A stretch of DNA of 64,000 nucleotides from Botryllus schlosseri (lineage: Eukaryota). Of this stretch, positions 49,401 through 61,400 are shown piece after piece. The notes below the pieces were generated by a model. The model was not told where the DNA came from. It saw only the letters and a program-made list of their open reading frames with translations, and did no database searches. Position numbers and translations under genes: made by a program. The stretch's first letter is position 1; each line of letters begins with the position of its first letter. Location: NCBI GenBank assembly GCA_051294905.1, contig CM119384.1:11780001-11844000 (forward strand), read 5' to 3'.

Positions 49401-52400
49401 TGACGCTGTGTCTCCAATTCCAACTTCCACCTGGAAATTAACACGAAACATAATAAAGACATGTTGTAGCAACATACGAATTATGAAATCAAGATATTTA
49501 TTGACTGTTGCTATATTTTGAATGACTAAATTAGACAAATTCCACAGAGGCATTTTGAAAAAAAAACTGAGGCCATATTCGGAATCAGTGCTCTTCAGCA
49601 CCCCCAAAACCACTCTTTATTTTTTCTGCCTAAAATATGTGCTGACTAATGACAATATATGCTATTATGTGTCGGTTCACGGGTTTTCAGTGGATTGTAT
49701 AACGCCATGCTCATTCAGTTTCTTTGTTATGATAATTACTATTACAGCAAACTTAGCCTAATGATATTTCATTTTTCTTTTCCATGTATGTTAGTTATTG
49801 TGCTATTAACTCTTTGACAAGGGGCACACAAAAAGTGGTCAATTGAATGATAATTGAGGATATTCCTGATATGTATCGTATGCTCATTTCACCAACTGTA
49901 TACCATATCGTGAATACAGGATGAATGGCACTCACTGTTACAGTTTCCGTACTCCTTTTCTTTCGTCGAGCAGTGCCTTCTCTGATTACATTGAGCACAC
50001 GCACTTTATGGCGAGGAATCTATTAGAAAAATAGAGGTAGCAAACGCAGCCTGATTAATGGGGGACCAATGGAAAGAGAGTACATTTAAGAATGCTGCGA
50101 GATTGTCGACGATGTTGTTGTCAAAGAATTCGTCGGGAGTGACCGCGGGCAGGTCGAACGAAATCACGACCATCTGCGATTCACGGACTTCAATGACGCT
50201 GCCGCCCTGTAGAGTGATGTGAAGTGTCTGGGCGTCTCTGTCATAGTAGTTGGAACCGGCAACATCCGATAATGCTGGGTGATATTGATCTGGTGGACTT
50301 GGCTCAAAGTAGAGTTCTATGTTTAGAAAACAAAATGAAGTCATTATATTAGTGACTAGTTGGATGATATGGTTGTATGGTAGTATGCTCACTTGGTACT
50401 GTTACACGAAATCTACCATTCAATTTAATCTAAGCCTCAATACCAGGTTGCATTAACAATCTCTGTGAATTCATGGATTGCAATCGACACTTTTAAGTTT
50501 ATCCTGGCAGTGTTGCTGAAATATTTGGAAATTAGAGAATTGAATAAATAAATCGACATTCCTATGAATTCGGACTTAATTTGTTCCAATTTTCAGTCGT
50601 GAACAGAATTCAAATATTTTCTAGGATCACGAATTAAGATGTATAATTTATATTAGTCTATCAACAATATACAGGTAGTTGATTTTCAAACAAGGAAGTC
50701 ATATATCCTTGACAATATGATTGGTCTTATCGGATTGTAACTGGTATAAAAAGACACACAAGTTGGATAAGGATGCTTATAACAGCGAATGTTCAGTTCT
50801 TATAAATAACAATTTTCCTATCTCATATTCATAAGAATATAAAAATCATATGAATCAAGTATTTCATGATTTTGGGATCTATGACAGGATGTGTGGAAAC
50901 AAAAACAAAATAAGCAGTAACTAAAACATATTACATACCATTGGCGCTGTCATAGTTCAGTGGTGCTTGGAAGTAATTATCCACATACACATCAAGACGT
51001 TGGGGTCGTTTACAGAATAGTTTCAATACCATCTTGGTAGAGGAATCCTCATTGATAATTCGAAATCGCGTCTTCTCGGGACTAGTACCTGGAAAGGGGA
51101 GGATTCCTGTAAGATTATATTGCTTTGAAGAGAGAAGACATAGATGTTTTAACAATATATGTCGTAACAATACATTAATGGCTGTACAAACACAGACAGA
51201 GATTTACAGTATTTTCGCATGTTGGAATTGTTTAAAAGGCTAAGAGTCCATACGAACATGTCTGTATTAATATATTGTTGGAGTCTCTGTCAAGTACTCA
51301 AAGTAGCTAGTTGTGTTTCATATTAACACAAAAAAATTTCAATCCTCATAACTAAGGAGATTTTTTTACCTAAAGCACCCATACCCATAATTTTCGGGAA
51401 TGTATCGATATAGTAAATGTTCATCGATGGCCTTCATGTCGACTGAAGTATGTTCTATGCGACTAGGCTTTAAACAGTGTAAAAATAATATGTTTTCGAT
51501 GGACAAAATGTAAACCAGTACTTGTAAAATGCAATTCATAGGTCTTCGAAAATGCAACGATAGTCCAAAACGTCGATAATCTCTCCTGACAAGTATAACC
51601 GGCGCACCATCCGTGATCTTGAGGTCCTTCATTGTCAAAATTTTGCATTAAAGCCACAGTACACTCAATCCTCTCCCAACCATACCATTGCTAAGATCGA
51701 TGTATTGATCCGCAAGGAGTGCAACCGGCGACAACCTTCGTGTTTCGGTATCCGCGTCCATACTCTCGATAACTAAGATGCCGTGATGGAAACCTGTGCA
51801 TTTGTGAGCTTGCCAGACATCCTGCACCGAACAAGTGCCACCTCTGCCAAGATTCAATAGGGCAATGTTTCGTATCGGAAGATTTTTAGTGGGCGAGCTA
51901 TTTCTACCTGATAATTCCTTTGTACGGAGCGACATTTTCGACAGGAATCCGACTCCCGTTTATGGCAGTTAACAGCGTCTTTGGGATTCGGTAATCACCC
52001 AATCCTCTTCGGGTATCGCCACCCCATTCGTATTCAGCCTACAGCATATATAAGTTAGAGTTACCAATAAACTCAGACGAAGGTAAATTCGAATGGAGGT
52101 CAACCATTGTGACTGTATAGGTAAGAATCCCAGCGCACACGCAATGCTGGTACAATTGGACGCAGAGCAATCTGTGCATGCGTGTGCCCGTATTCGTGTT
52201 TTGGGGGCATCAAAATGCACATATCTTGCACCGTCAAACTCTTAAAGTCTAACTGTAACACAAGCTAATCCTAACCTTAGCCCATTAGCCCTAAAATCAG
52301 CAATTATTATTTTCATCCGCTCACGAGACACAATGCACAATGTGCACAGGGCAGGGGTGGGCACCTTCTCTGGTCGCCGGGCCGGATCTGGGAAAATAAA

Positions 52401-55400
52401 GTGCTTGGCAAATCGATACATTATTCGCGTATTTATCCACCTATACAAGGAATAAATGGTGTTTAATGTAAACTTCAAGTTTAAAGCATAGACATCAAAA
52501 ACAGTATTTAATGAATGTATTAACCTAATGCGATTTAATAGCTGTTTAAGTTAATCAAACATATGTGGACGATCAAAGGTGTCAACAAGTTTTTTGAACT
52601 CCTGCTGCATGTCGGTTGTAGAAACCCTTAGTAAAGACTGCACGAGAACATCAGTTATATCGGAACGCGACCATGTCTCTTAAATGTTAATGGTCCAAAA
52701 TGTTTGCTCGCAAATGTATGTAGACCCAAACTGAATGAGTAGTTTCATGACCATGACCATCTTTCGGTTGCAAACTCTCTGCGGGCTGCTCAAAATCCCG
52801 GATCCAACCCGCGGGCCGTATGTTGCCCGCCCCTGGCATCGGGGATCAGAGTACTCATTGTCGGTACTCAAGTCGGAGTAGAGATGTGAATTTCTACTAA
52901 ATTACAAGTGGATATAGCGATTCTTGGGAACTGATTACACTACTTCGCACAAAGTTTCTGACAAGCACGCAAATCTACTAAGCCTGATACACTAGAAGTT
53001 CTAAGTATGTCAGTACTCAATGTTGTTTTCGTTTCTATGACGTCATAATTGGATGTATGCAATGTAGGTATATGCAAGTTTTTGAAATTCTCTATATGCT
53101 GACGATTGCCCCTGAAGAGTGTCAGCTCGGAAAGCTTCGGGTTTTAATATATTTACGATATGAATATATTATTAAAAGGCATATCAAGTCTGATAACAAC
53201 ACAAACGACTCAGACTCAGTGAATGGTGTGCCAAAAATATGAAAATAAGGTAACCAGCCTGGTACATTTTCATCGCGAATCAACAGCCTGCTCAAACTTA
53301 CTAGTTAATGATGTATCACAATTGAACAAATTTACCTGAGGGATAACGGATCCACCACTACCACCGATTACAGATCCGTCGTTATCCACGAAAAGCGCTT
53401 TTTTCATTCCATCGCATTCCATATCAACACAGTCAGATGGGTTGACTTTACTGAGGTAGGAAAATGAAGAGTAAGACAGTGACCACATTAAATATCCAGT
53501 CGGAAACATCTCTTCACCGCAAAGTTACACTAATGTTATTTTGACTTAAAATGTCTTATGTAACCAAGCAAAATTTGATCGCTTTGCAAGAGTATTGAGT
53601 AAGTGACCTCATACAATTGTGCAGTAGCATTACAATATTAGACAATTTGGTGATATTTCTTTTCATTACTTGAAATTGAATTGAGGATATTGAAGTCAAA
53701 TCAACATGTGTTGAAAGAATAAAAGATGACACTGTAAAGTAGAAGATAACACATTACATTGAACTAAACGTAGCATTGGGAGAAACGCAAACTGACAAGA
53801 AAAACAGAAGATATAATATAAAATCATTATTTTAATCCATCAGTCATGGTCATCTTACTTCGGTTTTGTATTGATTCATTACAAACACCTGCATTGAAGC
53901 CAAGAATTCCTAGCGATAGTATTTTGTACATAGATGAACACAAGCCAGAGCCTCCATTTGAATAATAACATTAACACTCACCCAACAGAGGGCCGGTGGA
54001 AAAACAAACGGGTGTCTTCTGGCGAGTTCAAAAATTCTATATTCTCCCCGTATATCGGATGCAAGAAGTCTTCAATCTGATTATTAGTGACGATGACCGT
54101 GTGGCCCGACGAGCATGACGTGTCGCCAAAATTCACAAAAGCGACTCCTGCAGATGCAAAGGACAGATGTTTGCTGGAACGTTATGCCAGAACAATAAAA
54201 TCGTGACCATTTATGTCTGTGCGCCCTCCGATAGCAGGATATGACTTGGATGACAGGAAGGGTTTGCTTGGCGCTTGGTTTTGTGCGGAGATGAACGCCG
54301 GCCATAACACGCCCGTTCGCACAACCCCACTTGCTCCTGCCCGGCCTGATGCTCTCGCAAATAAGGAATTGGAGACATAGTCAGTCCCCGAGGACAAAGT
54401 AGGACAGTAATCTGGTATATATAGATATTGAATTACTGAGGTGCGTGACCTGTGATGCGACATATTTAGTGTTCCGTACCGGCTCGACTCACTGCCACAA
54501 TGGTAGAACTTTCAATTCGGACAGTCTTGGCTTGGAAGGAATGCGATGTCGCTGCGGGCCTGGAGATATATCATCATTAGACAAAATGCATGATCAAAAC
54601 AACTAGGCAAGCTAATACTTTAACAGTACACTTTAAAACAGAGGGATGAAACTCCTACAATATTTCATAGCATATTTCTTAAAAACAACCACGGCTGATA
54701 TACCTTAAAATTTGTACTTGGATTTCAAGAGCTTCTTGGAGGTACAGAACTTCAATATACAATTAAATAGTATATTCATATTGAAATGAACCCAAATATT
54801 TTCGGCTGACACTCGACAGGGGTAATCGTCAGCAACTATGAGAGAATTGGAAAGAACATTGTATATCAACAATCGTAGGAGTTCGTGTACCACCTGGGAA
54901 TAATGCATTGAACGCTCTCTCATTCAAAATTTCATGCTGGTGACGTCATATTTTGTGATATGTTGATATGCAATGTTTTTTCCAATTCTCTACTAGTTAC
55001 TGACGATTACCTCTGACGAGGGTCAGCCGAAAATATTCGGGATCATTTCAATATGAATATACTATTCAATTTTCAATTGTCAATATCAATTCACTATGAC
55101 ATCGCTATTTAATATTCGTGACATCATTGCCTTATGAATAAACCATGGATTTCAGTGCCACAGTGTGTAGATAAACCTAGCTGTTTTGAGAAAATAATCG
55201 GTAGCAAGCAAATTAGAAATACTTCAGTATATCGAAAACGATGATGTACAAAACCGGCTCTCAAGAATTACACAGGTTTCAGCACTAGTATCCAGCTAGA
55301 TTTAAAGTCCCCACCTTCAGAGGATTAAATCAGATGCGAATTATCTAGCTTGCGTTACAAAGTTAATAAGGAAACTTTTGAATCACCCATTAATAATTGC

Positions 55401-58400
55401 CGCCACTCCAAACCCACTGTCTGTCACCAAGACATTGGATATGATAACGCTCCCCGGGCCTTGATAATATATACCGTCATCAAAAGCAGCATGGATTCGG
55501 AATTTGCTGATACGGGTGCATGGTGAATAACCTGTAAAGTAATATACACAGTAAAACATTTTTTCGATGACTGTTCCATAATTCAATGAGCCCTACGTGA
55601 CGGTGGTACATCTTCTGCGACATAGGTATTTCGTAACGTGAGCAAGAATCGAAATATAATTTGCGTTAGGATGTGTTAAGCTGTACTATCCGCCATAGAT
55701 TTGGTTTTGGACAAAGAATTAGAATTGGAAATATCACTAAATTAGGAATCAAAACTTTCCAAATCGGATTGTGACTTGAATGGACATAGAATCTCATTTG
55801 ATTTTGATGTGATTAATTAGCAAACATAAACTTTAGTAAAAACATTATAGGCATTGAAATTATCAATATATTTGCAAGTGAAACCCCACTCAGTCAACAA
55901 AGTACAATATTTAGATGATTTGCTGAGATGCAATCAAATCCACATTGTAAATACTAAGAAACCGTATATCCGGATATGATTGATTGCAACCTAACATAGG
56001 CAAAATATACAGAGGGAATGGGAGAGAAGGGTACATAGATTACTGTGATGTTCCGACCTTGATCAATAATTTCTGAATCACTGGTATATCAGATAAGCAG
56101 AACTATACATTGTGTAAAAATATCACTACCGTCTTACCGTCATTATTCAACCAGACACCTTGCAGAGTCGCGCGTGCTGTGTTCCAGCCCCATTCAATGT
56201 TATCGCTTGAGTCAGCAGATGGCCTAAGCAACATATTTACTTTATAGTATGTCGCTCTGACATGTGTATCTTGTTCTCACCCGCAGTCAGTGCCACGGAT
56301 ACGATACCCCGCACGTTCAGATCCAACAACAACGTTCTCCTGCATAATCGGCCGGGTCGCCAAAGTAACCTATCAGAGAATTATTGACACATATTGCCTT
56401 TTGTATCTTAAATCAATCTGACTGACTATGACTAACTAACCAACTGCCAAGAAAGAGTTCAACGCAGTAACCAGACATCAAATGATACATGAAGATGAGA
56501 TGAACATATGTGACCTGATTTTACCGATAACATCACAAAATGCAGACTGGCATATAAAATGACACAAAGTTGCAGTAGACAGTAAACCTCAATTGCCGCC
56601 TTCCATCCGGTAAGGTCTTTTTCCACTCTGTCAAGATATACGGTTCTTGTGCGCACTAGCATTGCCAGGTTATCTTCCACTCTGGTTTTTAGAACACAGT
56701 CAATCGACCGTACAAAAACAAGCCAAAAAACTAATTACGTGATATCCGATCCTTCCACACGAATCGCCGGACCCACAGTGTGGTGAATCACATTATGGCT
56801 CACGCTGAAATTGTTAGCACCAAAGACCCCGATGGCTGTGTTGAAACCGTTGTGGAATGTGCTGTTGTGCACATAGGAAGGTTTGAGTGGGTCAGAGTCA
56901 CCTGAAATGCATTATTGTTTACAGTGTTAATAAATCAGAGACATAGAGTGTGATTTGAGACACAAACCTGAATCCAGGAAGGCAAGGGAATATCTCGGAT
57001 CAAAGTTGTCAATCCACCCTTCCTGACCGGTGTGGTAGAACTCAACATCGGAAATTCTGGCGTATCCCCTGTAAACGACTCCGTGTTGTAAAATTCAAGG
57101 TAATCGCCAGGGTTGTAGTGACTCGACTTGTAGTCGAGTTATTGTGCATGACTCGAACCAAGTCCTATGACTAGGTAGGCCAAGACAGACATTTAATTGT
57201 AACTTCGAAGAATAGTAAAGTTACCACATTATTGGTATTTCGTCTATCAGTCCTGATACTTGGAAAATAGTGCCAGAAACTGTTAAGACAAAGGAAAATT
57301 ACTATATTATGAATCCGAGCCATTCTATATCACTCGAACAGAGTTTAAAAAGTGCGTTGAACCTGATTGAACTGAAAATTGAAGAGTGAATTCGGACTTG
57401 GACTCGGACTCGAGTCAAAACACTATGCCTCGGACTCGACTCTCTACTAGCCCACTTGGGCTCGGACTTGACTCTGTGGTGAGTTGAAAATGACTCGACT
57501 TGACTCGAGTCAAAACTATAAAAGTGAGATTGACTTGTGACTCGAAACCTTGTGACTCGGTTACAATCCTGGGAATCACCGAGAACATTGAAATGCACCA
57601 GAAATGCCACAGTGCTCGCATAAATTCTGATCTAAAGACACTGTTATTAGTACGGCCTATATCAGCCATATAATTAATGCTTAAAGAGCGTCTTGGAGGT
57701 ACAGAACTTCAATCTACAATAGAATAGTATATTCATATTGAAATGAACCCTAATATTTTCGGCTGACACTCGTCAGGGGTAATCATCAGCAACTAGTAGA
57801 GAATTGGAAAGAACATTGGAGTCGACTTTTATCAAAATACATCAGCCCAAGCTTTGTCAACAAAAGGAGTTCGTGTACCATCTTGAAATAGTACAATTGA
57901 ACGCTCTCTTGTGTGAGATCTCATTTCATGCTGGTGACGTAATATTTCGAGATACTATTGTTGATATAAAAGGTTCTTTCCAATTCTATACTAGTTGCTG
58001 ACAATAACCCCTGACGAGGGTCAGCCGAAAATATTCGGGTTCATTCCAATATGAATTTACCATTCATTTGTATATTCTGATGTTCTCTTAAACAAAAACA
58101 TTAACGGCACTAAACAGGCGCATGGGCCTATCACTATGTTTATAATAGTTAATATTTTTCGTGTGGTATCATAGTTTCAACGGATTTACCTTCAAAGAAT
58201 ATAATATGGGGAATCAAGTCCCATACTTATAAAATCACAATTTCTAAATAATTCTTATGGACTCAAATGCAAATCATTACACCTAACATAGACTCTACCT
58301 GGCTCCACCGGCTCCCGTTATCAGAACACGGGCTCCAAATGACTGCTGGATCAATTGATTGTAGTCTTCTCCAATGATTTTCACATTTCTCGTCAAAATG

Positions 58401-61400
58401 CTAACCTCGGCTCGGATATCGTACGTGTTCAAACCAGACACACTGTGCGTGAAGCTTTCGGCTGAGGAAAGTGGATAGAGAGTAAGAAGAATTGTGAACA
58501 TTTTTATTGCTCATGGTAATACACTGCCTCTTCAGTAAGGTACAAGTGCTCTGTAAAAACCATTGAAGTTAAGTAATGACAGCTCGGTTTTCATTCATGG
58601 AGCACTAATACCTCAAATATTTGCCTTTAATATTTATATTGTTGCAGAAACCAAATTATTTTACTAATACTTGATATAAATACAATGCATCCTGAATAAA
58701 ATTACACAAATTTTCATCTAGGCTACACACTACAAATCTAAACAACATGATTAATGGATCAGGGTCACGGCTGTATGGATACAAAAATGGTCACAAGCAA
58801 CACAATGTGCAACAGAAGTTCGTAAAAACAATATCATTGTCCTAAAACATAGTATTTACAACTCTTACAGATATGGTCAAATCTTGCCGTATCATTCAAG
58901 GTTACAACATTTCCGCTGACAGACACTATTCTGAATGTTTCCGTCTCCCAAGGATCAGCACTCGTCGTAGCAATCACGATTTCGTCATCTGCAAGGCCAC
59001 AAGAAAATCAATTCAGGCGAGTGAGGTATTGATTGCAACGAAATACTCACCTGTCTCCCAATCGGAGGGTGTATCTTGCAAAGTAATAGTGTTTTCTCCA
59101 GCAGACAGTGTACTTGCAAGATGTGTTTTCAACAATACTCTTGGTTGTCCATGCAAGTCCAGACCACCAATCACACCTTGAAAGTAGTAGAACAATAAAT
59201 AGTGTAGCCAACATATAAGTATCAGTTTTATTACCATTTTCATCATTTCAAAACACCACAACACGGCAATACAATGAAAAGATAGGAAGGTGTCAAAGCG
59301 ACTAGGAGTAGTCTTTGAAATCAGACAACCACCTGGACCTAGGTGATAAAAAAGGAGGAATGCATACTGAATGAAAATTAAAAAAAAAAAATATTATAGA
59401 AGGACAAGAAACAAAACGGGATGGAAGGCGAAATCGATATGTCAGATCATGGTTCAGTAAACTTCAGCTAGAATTATATTATTGGTTGCTACATTAATAT
59501 AATGCAATTTTAGTTTCTATTCACTCACAAGTCACAACATTGTTGCTTAGTAAAAGCCAACATGTCAGCTAGAATTACAGTATTGATGGAATACAACTCA
59601 GTTTCGTAACAGCAACTGCGATGTTGACAAATGTAAGTTATAAGTGATTATAATAATTATGGATCCTCATCCAAAGACAGAATGGAAAATCTCACCGATT
59701 GCTTTCGCTCCGACAACCGGTCCACCATTTATAGCAATATCCGGGGTGTAATGGTCACCACGGAGTACAATGTTGGCAAGTCCTTGAAATGGATTGTCTT
59801 CCCATCCGATGATAAGGCGTCCACCCTAAATATGTTTGATGAATGTGAATCACTTGTCTCCTCATTACAGAAACTGTTGTTACAAAGGCATAATGCGTAT
59901 GTATAATTTTCAGTGATACATCTTCACATCGATGTTGCTTCAAAGTCTCTCGGCTAATACCAAGAATGCTGGCAACAGCACAACCATGCTTGGTATCTAC
60001 CATATCGATCACAACTTTCAGCCCCGTGCTTTAGGTTTCATATGATGATGATTGAGACCATGCTAATTTGGCTAATTCTAACAATCTATTAAGTTTGTTT
60101 ACACGGTAACGAAATCGTAATGCGTGATATTTCCTCAATCAAGGGTCTTGCAAAACATTATAATATCAACATGCTTAGTCTTGAAAAGATTATAAAAACT
60201 TGTTCGACTTCTGGCCTATTTGATCAATTCGTACTTCACATGGCCCTTGTACAATACTCCAAATCTAGTATCTACCCATTCATAATGCAGGTAGTCAATG
60301 CAGGCATACCGGTAAGTAAAATATAGGCTCTCACCATAACCATGATGTGAGTGGCACTCATTGTGAAAGTAAGGTTAGTGGAATTCCACTCCAATTCCAA
60401 AACACCTTCAATCCACAATTGATTCATTCTGGGAAGATCCTGATTTGCAACCACCCAGGCACCTGGGTTTCACATGTCGTGTCATCAAATATACAGAAGT
60501 GAATTAGGCGGGAATTCAGTATAAAAGAACTAATTACACAATCTCTACTAACACAACTGATTCAAATGCGTAAAATGACTCAACTTGAGTCAATTTATGT
60601 ATCGATACGACTTGTACTAGAGTTATTGTATATAGCCTTGAAGCTTTAAGATTATTGATAAGAAATGCTTCCTAGCAAAGGATACCTCAAGATAGAAAAT
60701 GATGAATATGTTGATACATTACAACCAGCCGGCAGCAATGTTGCGCTTTGACTCTGGCTTTGACTCAACATTAGTAACAAGTCTGTGACAATGACAAAAA
60801 AGTAGCAGGAAATGCAATAGAGCAGACGGAGTGCAGAAGTTTGCGGTAAAAAAGAACTGAAACCTAGATATTAGTCCCGACGATAAAATCCAAGGCTAAG
60901 CCGCTGTATGCAAGCTAAAGTGCCCAAAGAATATAATGCAAATATACGTGGTCACACTGCTTTATATACCTTATGACTTGATAGGCTTTATCCTAATGCT
61001 ATCCTTCAAACGTGTAATTTCAAAGTATATCACTTGAGTAAAATAAACCATTATCATACCTGACTCAATCCTAACATTCTTGTTATCGGGTGGAATGGCT
61101 GTTCCATCACCATCACTGGATGCCACGTATTCTCCATCTATCAGTTTCCATGTTGAAGAGTCGTGCCATAACTGCACAACATCTGGTCTACCATCGCTTG
61201 GGGCCTCTAGGCTCGGTTCAGGGGGTGCGGCACAGTCCTGTTGGTGAAATTGCATCAACTTAAATTTCATCATGCGTTGGTGAAATGTTTATAGTGAAAC
61301 ACGTGCAATGTTATTATTTACTGAAAAAAGCCTACAAGACTGTGACATAGACCCTACCCCCACCTGTGACCAGGTAAAACAACGAATAATTCGGCACTGA

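Noticed and set aside
60678-60690. U12-type donor-like gtatcctt on the - strand
   Set aside because: It lies mid-intron and not at any exon boundary; all donors I examined are ordinary GT.
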